Source: Ferrovibrio sp.
Lineage (GTDB): Bacteria > Pseudomonadota > Alphaproteobacteria > Ferrovibrionales > Ferrovibrionaceae
Reading direction: 5' to 3'
DNA length: 64,000 bases
Assembly: GCF_036381655.1 (NCBI RefSeq)
Contig: NZ_DASVCJ010000020.1
Coordinates: 21,484-85,483, forward strand
Each line of letters opens with the position of its first letter. The stretch's first letter is position 1. The translations under genes and the position numbers were made by a program. This document shows positions 45,070 to 55,488 of this stretch, one piece after another. The notes under the pieces are model-generated. The model saw only the letters and a list, made by a program, of their open reading frames with translations, was not told the DNA's origin and did no database searches.

Positions 45070-47268
45070 TTACGCCTCGTCGGCGCCGAAATAGGCCTTG
45101 ATCGCGGCAATGGCGGCGGCATCCTCGCTGCTGTAGCGCACCGCGACATACTCGCCGTCGATCCTGGTGACGGTGCCGGTGCAGCGGAAATTCAGCACGC
45201 CGCGGTCGGTCGCCACCCGCACCTGCAGCGGCAGTTCCGCCCCCATGGCCGGCGGACGCGCGAGCGGACCGAAGAACAGGCCGATGCGCGACCAGTTGCG
45301 CAACGGCACCGTCGCGCCCTGCAGCGTCACGGTATCGCCCGGGCCCGCTTCGTGGCGATGCGCCTGGCGATGCTCGGCATGGCGCGCGCCGAGCTGGAAG
45401 AAGGCGACCAGTTCGGCCAGGCCCTGGGCCATGTTGGCGAGCGACTGCGCCGAGGCATGCGTCTGCTCGACCAGGGCCGCATTGCGCTGGGTGATCTCGT
45501 CCATCTGGCCGACGGCGATGTTCACCTCGTCGAGCCCGCGCGACTGCTCGTCGGAGGCGGTGGCGATCTCGGCGACGATGGCGGTGACCTTCTCGACCGC
45601 AGCGACGATATCGGCCAGCGCCTGGCCGGCCTGATGCACCTGGCGGGCGCCGTCCTGCACCTGGGCGGTGGAGGTCTGGATCAGCGTCTTGATGTCCTTC
45701 GAGGCATTGGCCGAACGCTGCGCCAGCGCGCGCACCTCCTGCGCCACCACGGCGAAGCCCTTGCCGGCCTCGCCGGCGCGCGCAGCTTCCACGCTGGCAT
45801 TGAGCGCCAGCAGGTTGGTCTGGAAGGCGATCTCGTCGATCAGCGCGACGATGTCGGAAATCCGCCGCGCGCTGTCCTCGATGCCGCCCATCGCCGCCAC
45901 CACGCCGGCGACCACCTCGCCGCCGCGATGGGCGGTGCTGCGCGCCGCCGCCGCCAGCTCGTCGGCCGCCTTGGCGTTGTCGGCATTCTGCTTCACCGTC
46001 GCGGTGACCTGATGCATGGCGGCCGCCGTCTCTTCCAGCGTCGCCGCCTGGCTTTCGGTGCGATGCGCCAGATCCTCCGAGCCGGCGGAGATTTCCGCCG
46101 CCGACTGGCGCAGGGTCGCCGACGAGACGGAGAGTTCCTCGGCGAAGCCGCGCAAGGTATTCGCCATGCCGTTGGCGCTCTGCTTCAGATCGGCGAAGAC
46201 GCCGTGATATTCGCCATGCACGGCGCGGGAGACGTCGCCGTCCGCCATGCCGTGCATGACGCCCGCCAGCTCGGTGGTGATCTGCTGCAGCGTCGCGGTC
46301 AGGCTGTTCAGCCGCCGGCTGATAGCGAGCAGGAAGCCTTCCTTGCCGGCTTCGTTCAGGCGCGTTTCGAGACGGCCATGCACGATCTCGTCGCACAGCG
46401 CGGCGATTTCGGCCGCCGCCGCCGCTTCGCGCGCCGCGCGCTCGCTGCGCTGGGCCTCCGCCGTCTGGCGCATCGCCTCGGCTTCGCGCTGCAGCCGGTC
46501 GTTCTCCAGGCCGTTGGTCTTGAACACCTCGACGGCGCGGGCGATCGCGCCGACCTCGTCGCCCCGCGCCGTATGCGGCACGCTCACCGACCAGTCGCGT
46601 TCGGCCAGCCGGCCGATGGCGGCGGCCAGTGCCTGCAGCGGCCTGGCCACGGCGCGCGCCAGCAGCCAGCCGAAGAAGACCAGCAGCAGGCCGTTGGCGG
46701 TGACCGCGACGCCGGTCTTGACGATCTGGTGTTGCATCGCGGCATCGACATCGTCGAGATAGACGCCGCTGCCGATTACCCAGCCCCAGGGCGCATAGGC
46801 CTTCACGAAGGAGATTTTCTCCACCGGCTCGCTGCTGCCCGGCTTCGGCCAGCGATAGCGCAGCACGCCCTCGCCCTTCTCGCGCGCCAGCCGCGCGAAT
46901 TCGACGAAGATCCGCTTGCCGTCCGGATCGGCGTAGCGGCTGACATCCTGGCCGACCAGCTCCTTGGCGAAGGGATGCATGATCAGCACCGGCGTCTGGT
47001 CGTTGACCCAGAAATACTCCTTGCCGCCGTAGCGCAGCCCCTGCAGGGCGGCCAGGGCCGCCTGCTGCGCCGCCGCCTGGCTCAGGGCGCCGCTTTCGGC
47101 CTGGGCGGCGTAATGCTGCACCACGCCATAGGCGACCTCGACCAGCTCGCGGGTCTTCGCCGCGCGGTCCTCCAGCAGGGTGCCGCGCAGATGGAACAGG
47201 TCGACGCCGAGCTGGACGATCAGGCTGACGATGGATATGCCGATGATGGCCATGATGCGCACGATCAT
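45070..47268 (-). CDS. Methyl-accepting chemotaxis protein (Cache-HAMP-MA) with C-terminal PilZ-like domain
   Basis: Cache (YFWVND...MHPFAKELVG, KISFVKAYAPWGWVIGSGVY), HAMP (RGDEVG), IAFQTNLLALNASVEAARAGEAGKGFAVVA; tail RQAHR and NWSRIG; start approximate. Confidence 0.9.
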   Translation of the reverse strand: MIVRIMAIIGISIVSLIVQLGVDLFHLRGTLLEDRAAKTRELVEVAYGVVQHYAAQAESGALSQAAAQQAALAALQGLRYGGKEYFWVNDQTPVLIMHPFAKELVGQDVSRYADPDGKRIFVEFARLAREKGEGVLRYRWPKPGSSEPVEKISFVKAYAPWGWVIGSGVYLDDVDAAMQHQIVKTGVAVTANGLLLVFFGWLLARAVARPLQALAAAIGRLAERDWSVSVPHTARGDEVGAIARAVEVFKTNGLENDRLQREAEAMRQTAEAQRSERAAREAAAAAEIAALCDEIVHGRLETRLNEAGKEGFLLAISRRLNSLTATLQQITTELAGVMHGMADGDVSRAVHGEYHGVFADLKQSANGMANTLRGFAEELSVSSATLRQSAAEISAGSEDLAHRTESQAATLEETAAAMHQVTATVKQNADNAKAADELAAAARSTAHRGGEVVAGVVAAMGGIEDSARRISDIVALIDEIAFQTNLLALNASVEAARAGEAGKGFAVVAQEVRALAQRSANASKDIKTLIQTSTAQVQDGARQVHQAGQALADIVAAVEKVTAIVAEIATASDEQSRGLDEVNIAVGQMDEITQRNAALVEQTHASAQSLANMAQGLAELVAFFQLGARHAEHRQAHRHEAGPGDTVTLQGATVPLRNWSRIGLFFGPLARPPAMGAELPLQVRVATDRGVLNFRCTGTVTRIDGEYVAVRYSSEDAAAIAAIKAYFGADEA

Positions 47269-47550
47269 CGGCAGGCCCGGCGGCGCGCGGGCCGGGCTTG
47301 ATGGGCCATGGCCGGTGCGGTAAGGGGAACGGACATCGGCATACGCAAAAGCCTCTTTATTCGTCTGGGGCAGGAAACGGGAAAGCGGATGTGAAAGCCG
47401 GCAGGACCGTAGCAAAATGGCCGTCCGCAGGATTGATCCTGGTCAATTTCCGCCGCCGCGCGGCGGGCGGATGGCCGCCGGCCGCCGCCTGCCTCGGCGC
47501 CGCCGCTTTCCGTGGCGGCAATTAACCGAAGGACATACGAGGAACGAGGT

Positions 47551-49311
47551 TTGGAACACGACACTGGCATTCCCTATCTGCGCGAACTGGTCGTCTTCCT
47601 TGCCGCCGCGGGCATCGTGGTGCCGATCTTCCAGCGCCTGCGCGTCAGCCCGGTGCTGGGCTTTCTGGTCGTCGGCTTCCTGATCGGCCCGAACGGGCTG
47701 GCGCTGTTCGCCGACCGGCTGCCCTGGCTCGGCTTCGTCACCATCGGCGATATCGAAGGGGTCCGGCTGCTGGCCGAGTTCGGCATCATCTTCCTGCTGT
47801 TCATGATCGGGCTGGAGATGTCGCTGCAGAAGCTGTGGCAGATGAAGCGGCTGGTGCTCGGCCTCGGACTGGCGCAGATCGTGGCGACGGCCGTCGGCAT
47901 CGCCGGCGTCGCCGAGCTGTTCGGCAACCCCGCCTCGGCGGCGGTGATCCTCGGCGCCTGCCTTTCGCTCAGCTCCACCGCCATCGTCATGCAGCTTCTG
48001 ATCGAGAGCCGGCGCAGCGCCACCCAGGTCGGCCGCGCCAGCTTCGCCATCCTGCTCATGCAGGACCTGGCCGTGGTGCCCATCCTCTTCCTGGTCAGCG
48101 TGCTGGCCACGCTGGAAAACGGCGGCGGCGCCAGCGAACTGGCCTGGCGGCTGGGCGAGACGCTGGCGATCGCCGCCGGCACCGTCGCGCTGATCGTGCT
48201 GATCGGCCGCCGCCTGCTCGGACCGCTGTTCCGCAGCGTCGGCGCGGCGCGCAGCCCGGAGCTGTTCATGGCGCTGACGCTGCTGGTCGCCATCGGCATG
48301 GCGATGGCCACCAATGCCGTCGGCCTCTCCTTCGCGCTGGGCGCCTTCCTGGCCGGGATGCTGCTGGCGGAAAGCGAATACCGCCATGCCGTCGAGGTCA
48401 GCATCGAGCCCTTCAAGGGCCTGCTGCTCGGCCTTTTCTTCATCTCGGTCGGCATGGGAATCGATGTCCGTCTCGAACTGTCGCAGATCGGCCTGGTGCT
48501 GCTCTCGGTCGCCGGCCTGTTCCTGCTCAAGGGCGGCATCATCGGCGGCCTGGCGCTGGCCTTCGGCTTTTCGCGCGCCGCGGCGCTGGAGATCGGCTTT
48601 CTGCTCGGCCAGGGCGGCGAATTCGCCTTCGTCGTCATCGCGCTGGCCAGCCGCCTCGAACTGCTGGCGCCGGAGGTGGCCGCCTTCATGCTGCTGGTCA
48701 CCTCGCTGTCCATGCTGGCGACGCCGCCCGTCGCGCGGCTGGCGCAGCGGGCGGCAAAGCGGCTGGAAAGCCGGACCGCATCCGACCGGCTCGGCGTCGC
48801 CCAGGCCGAACCGCACGAGGATCACGTGCTGATCTGCGGCTTCGGCCGAGTCGGGCAGACCGTGGCGCGGCTGCTCGACGCCGAGGAGATCCCCTGGCTT
48901 GCGCTCGATTTCAACGCGGTCAACGTCGCCGAGCATCGCGGCCGGGGCCGGCCAGTGCATTTCGGCGATGCCAGCCGCATCGAACTGCTGGCCCGGCTGG
49001 ATGCCGACAAGGCCTCCGCCCTGGTGGTGACGCTGGACGATCCGGCCGCCACCCGCCAGCTTGTCGCCACGGCGCACCGCCATTGGCCGAAACTGGCGAT
49101 CTTCGCCCGCGCCCGCGACCGGCAGCAGGTCGAGATTCTGCGCCAGGCCGGCGCCAAGGGCGTCATCGCGGAAGCGGTCGAGACCTCGCTGCAGCTTGGC
49201 GCCCTGGCGCTGAGCCAGGCCGGACTGCCCGAGGATGCGGTGCTGGCCCGGCTCGACCGCGTCCGCACGGCGCTGGCGGGACAGCATGGGCGCCCGGACG
49301 AGCGGGATTGA
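47551..49311 (+). CDS. CPA2-family K+/H+ antiporter (KefB/KefC-like) with TrkA_N domain
   Basis: LSLSSTAIVM, LGAFLAG, IEPFKGLLLGLFF, QGGEFAFV and ICGFGRVGQ motifs; TTG start after GAGGT. Confidence 0.93.
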   Translation: MEHDTGIPYLRELVVFLAAAGIVVPIFQRLRVSPVLGFLVVGFLIGPNGLALFADRLPWLGFVTIGDIEGVRLLAEFGIIFLLFMIGLEMSLQKLWQMKRLVLGLGLAQIVATAVGIAGVAELFGNPASAAVILGACLSLSSTAIVMQLLIESRRSATQVGRASFAILLMQDLAVVPILFLVSVLATLENGGGASELAWRLGETLAIAAGTVALIVLIGRRLLGPLFRSVGAARSPELFMALTLLVAIGMAMATNAVGLSFALGAFLAGMLLAESEYRHAVEVSIEPFKGLLLGLFFISVGMGIDVRLELSQIGLVLLSVAGLFLLKGGIIGGLALAFGFSRAAALEIGFLLGQGGEFAFVVIALASRLELLAPEVAAFMLLVTSLSMLATPPVARLAQRAAKRLESRTASDRLGVAQAEPHEDHVLICGFGRVGQTVARLLDAEEIPWLALDFNAVNVAEHRGRGRPVHFGDASRIELLARLDADKASALVVTLDDPAATRQLVATAHRHWPKLAIFARARDRQQVEILRQAGAKGVIAEAVETSLQLGALALSQAGLPEDAVLARLDRVRTALAGQHGRPDERD

Positions 49312-49482
49312 AAGACTCCGCACAAGTCATTGTTCATAAAAGGCTTATCCACCTTGGCGGGAGCCACGCTTTGGGCTAATCTCCGGCCCAATCGTGTGTC
49401 GTGTCCGTTACGCCCCTGCCCCATCGGTTGCGGCGTCGACCGCCTCGCCAGCTAGCAAAATTGATATTTTTCGAGGGGATTC

Positions 49483-50343
49483 ATGTCGCAATCGCAACCG
49501 CAGATGGCCGGCCAACTGATGCAGGGACGCCGCGGCCTGATCATGGGCGTGGCCAATGACCGTTCGCTGGCCTGGGGCATCGCCAAGGCGGTGCATGCCC
49601 AGGGTGCGGAGCTGGCATTCACCTTCCAGGGCGAGGCGCTGGAAAAGCGCGTGCGGCCGCTGGCCCAGTCGGTCGGCGCCAAGCATCTGCTCGAATGCGA
49701 CGTGACCAACGCCGCCTCGATCGACGCCACCTTCGATGCGCTGGCCGAGGACTGGGGCAAGCTCGACTTCCTGGTGCATGCCATCGGCTTTTCCGACAAG
49801 AACGAGCTGAAGGGCCGCTATCTCGATACCAGCCCGGAGAATTTCGCGCTGACCATGAATGTGAGCTGCTACAGCTTCACGGCGGTGCTGCAGCGCGCGG
49901 AAAAGCTGATGAGCGAGGGCGGCTCGGCGCTGACGCTGACCTATTACGGCGCCGAGCGCGTCATGCCGCATTATAATGTCATGGGCGTCGCCAAGGCGGC
50001 GCTGGAAGCCAGTGTGCGCTATCTCGCCGTCGATCTCGGCCCGAAGGGCATCCGGGTCAACGCCATCTCGGCCGGCCCGATCAAGACCCTGGCCGCCAGC
50101 GGCATCGGCGATTTCCGTTATATCCTGAAATGGAACGAGCTGAACGCGCCGCTGCGCCGCAACGTCACCATCGAGCAGGTCGGCGGCGCCGGATTGTATC
50201 TTCTGTCGGAGCTCGGCGCCGGCGTCAGCGGCGAGGTGCATCACGTCGACAGCGGCTATCACAGCGTCGGCATGGTCGCGGTCGATCAGGCGGCGCAGGT
50301 GGCCGATCTGCTTCTCTCGCTGGGCGGCAGGAAGCCCGAATAG
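49483..50343 (+). CDS. fabI: Enoyl-ACP reductase FabI
   Basis: [25 protein letters not shown] and [13 protein letters not shown] motifs. Confidence 0.97.
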   Translation: MSQSQPQMAGQLMQGRRGLIMGVANDRSLAWGIAKAVHAQGAELAFTFQGEALEKRVRPLAQSVGAKHLLECDVTNAASIDATFDALAEDWGKLDFLVHAIGFSDKNELKGRYLDTSPENFALTMNVSCYSFTAVLQRAEKLMSEGGSALTLTYYGAERVMPHYNVMGVAKAALEASVRYLAVDLGPKGIRVNAISAGPIKTLAASGIGDFRYILKWNELNAPLRRNVTIEQVGGAGLYLLSELGAGVSGEVHHVDSGYHSVGMVAVDQAAQVADLLLSLGGRKPE

Positions 50344-50351
50344 GATTCCCC

Positions 50352-51464
50352 ATGTCGGATAACAGTTTCGGCCGGCTCCTGCGCGTCACCACCTGGGGCG
50401 AGAGCCATGGCCCGGCCCTGGGCTGCGTGATCGACGGCGCGCCGCCGCGCATCGCCCTGGCCGAATCCGACATCCAGCATTGGCTGGATCAGCGCAAGCC
50501 GGGCTCGTCGCGCTTCGTCACCCAGCGCCGCGAGCCCGACAGCGTGAAGATTCTCTCCGGCGTCTTCGAGGGCGAGACCACCGGCACGCCGATCATGCTG
50601 ATGATCGAGAATGTCGATCAGCGCTCGAAGGATTACGGCGACATCAAGGACAAGTTTCGCCCCGGCCATGCCGACTACACCTACTGGGCCAAATACGGCA
50701 TCCGCGACTATCGCGGCGGCGGGCGCTCCTCGGCGCGCGAGACGGCGGCGCGCGTCGCCGCCGGCGCGGTCGCCCGCAAGGTGCTGTCGCATATCCTCGG
50801 CCCCGGCGTGACGATCCGCGGCGCGCTGGTGCAGATCGGCGAGAAGAGCATCGATTACGCCAACTGGAACTGGGCCGGCACGACGCAGAATCCGTTCTGG
50901 TGCCCCGATCCGAAGATGGCGATGGAGTGGGAAGACTATCTCGACGGCATCCGCAAGGCGGGATCGAGCGTCGGTGCCGTGGTGGAAGTGCATGCCAGCG
51001 GCATTCCGGCCGGCCTGGGCGAGCCGATCTACGGCAAGCTGGATGCCGAGCTGGCGGCGGCGATGATGAGCATCAATGCCGTCAAGGGCGTCGAGATCGG
51101 CGCCGGCTTCGCTGCCGCGCGGCTCAGCGGCGAGCAGAATGCCGATGAGATGCGCCGCGACGAGGATGGCCGGCCGCGCTTCCGCTCCAACCATGCCGGC
51201 GGCATCCTCGGCGGCATTTCCTCGGGCCAGGACATCGTCGTGCGCTTCGCCGTCAAGCCGACCTCGTCGATCCTGAATCCGCGCGAGACCATCGACCGCT
51301 TCGGCAGCGAAACCGAAATCGCGACCAAGGGCCGGCACGATCCCTGCGTCGGCATCCGCGCCGTGCCGGTGGGCGAAGCCATGATGGCTTTGGTGCTGGC
51401 CGACCACCTGCTGCGCCATCGCGGCCAGGTCGGCGGCTTCCGCGCCGGCTTTGACCGGCGGTAA
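50352..51464 (+). CDS. aroC: Chorismate synthase
   Basis: [28 protein letters not shown] and [11 protein letters not shown] motifs. Confidence 0.98.
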   Translation: MSDNSFGRLLRVTTWGESHGPALGCVIDGAPPRIALAESDIQHWLDQRKPGSSRFVTQRREPDSVKILSGVFEGETTGTPIMLMIENVDQRSKDYGDIKDKFRPGHADYTYWAKYGIRDYRGGGRSSARETAARVAAGAVARKVLSHILGPGVTIRGALVQIGEKSIDYANWNWAGTTQNPFWCPDPKMAMEWEDYLDGIRKAGSSVGAVVEVHASGIPAGLGEPIYGKLDAELAAAMMSINAVKGVEIGAGFAAARLSGEQNADEMRRDEDGRPRFRSNHAGGILGGISSGQDIVVRFAVKPTSSILNPRETIDRFGSETEIATKGRHDPCVGIRAVPVGEAMMALVLADHLLRHRGQVGGFRAGFDRR

Positions 51465-51487
51465 TTTGACCGGCGGCAAGCCGTCTC

Positions 51488-51560
51488 GTCGCTCCCGCGG
51501 AAGCGAAGCCGGAGCCGGAGCCCAAATTTAAAAACCGGATTCCCGCCTGTGCGGGATTGA
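51488..51560. repeat. Degenerate REP-like element (TCCCGCG..GCGGGA family)
   Basis: GTCGCTCCCGCGGAAGCG ... GGATTCCCGCCTGTGCGGGATTGA between convergent genes. Confidence 0.6.
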
Positions 51561-51571
51561 TCAGGCCTGGC

Positions 51572-51985
51572 TCAATGCACGCCCGGCTTCATCGCATCGA
51601 GCGCCGCGCGGCAGACCCGCTCGCAATTTTGGCAGGTCTCCATGCAATGCCGGCAATGCTCATGCTCCCCGGCATGGCGGGCGCATTCCTCGCCGCAGAG
51701 CCGGCAGGCTTCGATGCAGGCCTCCAGCGTCATGCGCATCACCGCCTGGTTGTTGCCGGTGCGTCGCGAGGCCATGGCGGCAGCGGCCGCGCACAGATCG
51801 GCGCAGTCGAGATCGAGCCGGATGCATTGCGTAAGCTGCGCCACCGTCTTTTCGCCCAGACAGGCATCGGCGCAGGCGGTGCAGGCCTGGGCGCAGTCGA
51901 GGCATTCCTCGATGCAATGGACGATGGCGTCGTGCGTTCGGCCCTTTGCCCCCGGATGGGTGGCGATCATCTGCTGGACATGCAT
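51572..51985 (-). CDS. Four-helix-bundle Cys-rich copper-binding protein (DUF326/Csp3-like)
   Basis: Repeated CxxxC/CxxC ([46 protein letters not shown]); AGGAGG SD. Confidence 0.92.
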   Translation of the reverse strand: MHVQQMIATHPGAKGRTHDAIVHCIEECLDCAQACTACADACLGEKTVAQLTQCIRLDLDCADLCAAAAAMASRRTGNNQAVMRMTLEACIEACRLCGEECARHAGEHEHCRHCMETCQNCERVCRAALDAMKPGVH

Positions 51986-52013
51986 GGCGGCCTCCTTGCG
52001 CTCGGTATGGCCG

Positions 52014-52038
52014 AACCCCCGCCCGCCGCCATTGTTCC
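52014..52038 (-). promoter_or_regulatory. Sigma-EcfG (general stress) type promoter of the copper-binding protein gene
   Basis: GGAAC-N17-GTT on - strand. Confidence 0.6.
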
Positions 52039-52093
52039 GCCGCATGACGCGGGGAAATTTTGCTCCTAGACTGGCGGCGATACGGAGGAACGC

Positions 52094-52672
52094 ATGTCGC
52101 AACCCAAACGCATTCACGCCCTGGATATCCCGGTTCCCGCCCGCAGCGAGCTCGATCCCGATACGCAGGCCTATTTCGCCAAATGCGACGAGAAGATCGG
52201 CTTCGTGCCGAATGTGCTGCTCAGCTACAGCTTCGATGCCAAGAAGCTGCGCGGCTTTACCGAAATGTACAACGAGCTGATGCTGGCGCCTTCGGGCCTG
52301 TCGAAGCTGGAGCGCGAGATGATCGCCGTCGCGGTCAGCAGCATCAACCACTGCTTCTATTGCCTCACCGCGCATGGCGCGGCGGTGCGCCAGTTGTCGG
52401 GCGATCCCAAGCTGGGCGAGCTGATGGTGATGAACTGGCGCAGCGCCGAACTCAGCGACAAGATGAAGGCGGCGCTGGAATTCGCGGCGAAACTGACCGA
52501 AAGCCCCGACAAGATCGTCGAGGCCGACCGCGCAGCGCTGCGTAAGGCGGGCTGGAGCGACCGCGACATCTGGGACATCGCGGCGACGGCCAGCTTCTTC
52601 AACATGTCGAACCGCATGGCCGCCGCCATCGAGATGATGCCGAACGAGGAGTATCACGGCATGGCGCGGTAA
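52094..52672 (+). CDS. Peroxidase-related AhpD/CMD-family enzyme
   Basis: [34 protein letters not shown] and FFNMSNR motifs. Confidence 0.93.
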   Translation: MSQPKRIHALDIPVPARSELDPDTQAYFAKCDEKIGFVPNVLLSYSFDAKKLRGFTEMYNELMLAPSGLSKLEREMIAVAVSSINHCFYCLTAHGAAVRQLSGDPKLGELMVMNWRSAELSDKMKAALEFAAKLTESPDKIVEADRAALRKAGWSDRDIWDIAATASFFNMSNRMAAAIEMMPNEEYHGMAR

Positions 52673-53007
52673 GGCGGCCCGGCAAGGCTGCGGCGGGGTC
52701 CGGGCGGAGGTGCAGGCGGGAGGGTCAGGCGAGAGGATCAGGCCCGCGGAATGCCAAAGCGGCATGAGGATTTCTGCCCCGGGAAGGCCGGGACGGCCGC
52801 GCTGCTCAAAAACGCGCCAGCGGGCCGATTGCCTGTGGCTTAGGCGCAACACTTCGATTTAATTCGCGCCTGCACAATTGCAGGCCGGCGAACATTCTGT
52901 CGCAAAATCCTGGATTCCCAGTCAGAAAATGACCTAAGCCCATGAAATTGCAGGTGCGACGTTTTTTCCTCACTTTCCTCTTGCACTGCACCCGAGACAA
53001 GACTACA

Positions 53008-53019
53008 TTGTGCATCGCA
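53008..53019 (+). promoter_or_regulatory. TTGTGCA heptamer / TGC-N3-GCA motif upstream of the sRNA
   Basis: TTGTGCATCGCA; another TGCACTGCA at 52982-52990. Confidence 0.5.
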
Positions 53020-53037
53020 ACAAGCTTTCCGGTTTGT

Positions 53038-53101
53038 TGCATGCCCTTCTCGGGCGTTTCCTCCCTAGACTTGGGCCGCACTCGCTGCGGCCCTTTTTTT
53101 T
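53038..53101 (+). ncRNA. mmgR: suhB/alpha-r8 (MmgR-like) small RNA
   Basis: 5' hairpin GCCC-TTCTC-GGGC, core GGCGTTTCCTCCCTAGACTT, terminator GGGCCGCA-CTCGC-TGCGGCCC plus T8; family assignment from recall; 5' end approximate. Confidence 0.75.
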
Positions 53102-53159
53102 GCCCGCTTGTCTTTCGGAACTGGTATCGACCCGATACTGCCTGATCCGGACCGTCCGA

Positions 53160-54563
53160 TCAGATCTCCCAGCCGGCATCTTCCTCTGCGGCAGCCTCCG
53201 CCCTGGGCGGCACCGCCAGCACCTTGTCGATGCGCCGGCCATCCATGTCCATCACCTCGAAACGCCAGCCGTTCCAGTCCACGCTGTCGCCGGCAGCGGG
53301 CAGGCGGCCGAAGCGGTCGAGCAGGAAGCCGGCCACCGTGTGATGCCCGTCCGTCTCGGGCAGCATCAGGCCGAGCCGCTCGCCGAGCTCGTCGCGCGGC
53401 AGTTTGCCGTCGATCAGCCAGCTGCCATCGTTGCGCTGGACGATGCCGGGCAGGTCCGCCTCGCCCGGCAGGGCGAAATCGCCGGCGATGCTTTCCAGGA
53501 TGTCGCTGGCGGTGACCACGCCTTCCAGGCTGCCGAACTCGTCGACCACGAAGGCCATGCCGCTGGGCGAGCGCTTGAGCAGCGCCAGCGCATCCAGCAC
53601 ATCGGCGCTTTCATGCACCGCCGGCACCGGATGCACCAGCGCGGCGAGGCCGTTCTCGCCCGGCTGGGCGCCATGCGGTTCGGCGGCATCGGGCTTGGCG
53701 GTATCGGAGGCGAGCAGATCGTCGGCCTGCAGGCGGCGATCCAGCAGCGCGTTCAGCACATCCTTGACGCCGACGCTGCCGATCGGCTCGTCGATGCTGC
53801 CATGCGCCGCCGGCAGGCGCAGATGCATGGTTTCGCGCAGGATCTTGAGCTGCTTTTCGCGCGGCGCATCGAGATCGATCCAGTCCAGTTCGCGGCGCGG
53901 CGTCATCACCGCCCGCACCGAGCGGTCGCCCAGCTTCATCACCGCCGCGATCATCTTGCGCTCGGCCGGCTCGACCGTGCCGGCGCTTTCCGCCTCGGCG
54001 ACGAGCTGGCGGATTTCCTCCTCGCTGACGGCGCCGCGGGCGACGCCATGCCCGCCGGTCAGCCGCAGGACGAGCTGCGACGACTTGTCGAGCAGCAGCA
54101 CCAGCGGCCCGGCGATCCCGGCCAGGGCGGACATCGCCGGCGCCACCGCTGCGGCGATCGCTTCCGGATTCTTCAGCGCGAGCTGCTTGGGCACCAGTTC
54201 GCCGATAATCAGCGACAGATAGGTCACGCCGCCGACCACGACGGCGAAGGCGACGGAATCGGCCGCGGCCGGCGCCAGCCAGCCATGCCCGGCCAGCCAC
54301 AGCGCGAAGCGATGCGCCAGCGTGCTGCCGGAAAACGCGCCGGCGAGAATGCCGACCAGCGTGATGCCGATCTGCACGGCGGAGAGGAAACGGCCGGGAT
54401 CGGCGGCAAGCTGCAGCGCCCGGCGCGCGCCCTTGCGGCGCAGGCGCACCATCGCCTGCAGCCGCGCCCGGCGTGCCGAAACGACGGCCAGCTCCGACAT
54501 GGCGAGCAGGCCGTTCAGGACGATCAGCGCCACGATCAGCGCGATTTCCAGCGCTAGGGTCAT
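53160..54563 (-). CDS. Hemolysin-family (CNNM/DUF21-CBS-CorC) membrane protein
   Basis: LAMSELAVVSARR, FLSAVQIGITLVG, GELVPKQLAL and VVDEFGSLEGVVT motifs; CorC_HlyC tail. Confidence 0.93.
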   Translation of the reverse strand: MTLALEIALIVALIVLNGLLAMSELAVVSARRARLQAMVRLRRKGARRALQLAADPGRFLSAVQIGITLVGILAGAFSGSTLAHRFALWLAGHGWLAPAAADSVAFAVVVGGVTYLSLIIGELVPKQLALKNPEAIAAAVAPAMSALAGIAGPLVLLLDKSSQLVLRLTGGHGVARGAVSEEEIRQLVAEAESAGTVEPAERKMIAAVMKLGDRSVRAVMTPRRELDWIDLDAPREKQLKILRETMHLRLPAAHGSIDEPIGSVGVKDVLNALLDRRLQADDLLASDTAKPDAAEPHGAQPGENGLAALVHPVPAVHESADVLDALALLKRSPSGMAFVVDEFGSLEGVVTASDILESIAGDFALPGEADLPGIVQRNDGSWLIDGKLPRDELGERLGLMLPETDGHHTVAGFLLDRFGRLPAAGDSVDWNGWRFEVMDMDGRRIDKVLAVPPRAEAAAEEDAGWEI

Positions 54564-54788
54564 CGGTGGCGCGGCGTTACTGGCCGGAATGGCTGTCCAG
54601 CACCCGGTCTAGGTCGATCCGGCATAGCGGGGAAACTATACGAAACCGCCGGGCCGGCCGCCAAGAGGCCTGGCAGGCGGCTGATGCGATGCAGCGGCGG
54701 CCTGCGGCGCCGCGCTAGCGGCCAAGCGACAACGCCGTGCCTGTTGCGTGAGAAACGCATCGGCTTTGCGCATCGGCGCTCGGCCAGG

Positions 54789-54813
54789 GGAACCCGCCAT
54801 AGGCCGCGGTGTT
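54789..54813 (+). promoter_or_regulatory. Sigma-EcfG type promoter
   Basis: GGAAC-N17-GTT about 70 bp upstream of ATG 54883. Confidence 0.6.
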
Positions 54814-54882
54814 CTATGTCAGGCGCTGCAACCGCAGCGCGGCATCATTCGCGCATACAGGAGGCATAGGAGGAGAGCCGAC

Positions 54883-55356
54883 ATGGAATCGACGACCAAG
54901 GATCGCCTGCAACAGAAAGCCGATATCTTCACCCAATATCCGGCTGCGGCCGGGTTTGCCGGCCGGCGCCGCGCGCTGAACCAGCAGGAGCGGCTGCATC
55001 GCTGGAACGAATTGCTGCGCCGCCACCAGGAGCGCGCGCTGGCGACGTTCTTCGAGATCGAATATCTCGAACCGGAATTGCGCGACCGCACGCGCTGCGA
55101 CAATTCCGCCATCAGCGTCGCCTTCGAGGATCCGGTGCTGCGCGCCGACGGGCTGACCGACGACACCTACGGCACCGCGAAGCGCTATTTCGGCCTGACC
55201 GACCGGCAGATGCATCGCATCGTCTGCTACTGCCATCACGGCGCGACGGCCTATGCCGGCGGCGTCGCCTATATGGTGCGCGCGGCCTATCACAGCAGCC
55301 GGCCGGCGCAGCCCGGCCCCGTCGCGCGTCTGTGGCGGGCGCTGATGAGCTGGTGA
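54883..55356 (+). CDS. Conserved-looking hypothetical protein
   Basis: AGGAGG SD; ERLHRWNELL, SAISVAFEDPVLRADGL and FGLTDRQMHRIVCYCH resemble an uncharacterised rhizobial family as I recall it. Confidence 0.75.
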   Translation: MESTTKDRLQQKADIFTQYPAAAGFAGRRRALNQQERLHRWNELLRRHQERALATFFEIEYLEPELRDRTRCDNSAISVAFEDPVLRADGLTDDTYGTAKRYFGLTDRQMHRIVCYCHHGATAYAGGVAYMVRAAYHSSRPAQPGPVARLWRALMSW

Positions 55357-55488
55357 TCGAGGTAAATCAGGCGCAGTGCGGCGGGCGGCAGTGCGGCGGG
55401 CGGAAGGCAGGCTGAGCCCGGATCGTCTCCGGGCTCCCCCGCATCGTGTCAGGTCAGCGCTTACGGCCGCGCCGCCCGCAAGGGCGGC

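Noticed and set aside
51986-52852. N-terminal extension making the Cys-rich ORF 426 aa
   Set aside because: Overlaps the AhpD gene antisense; SD and EcfG promoter support the 51985 start
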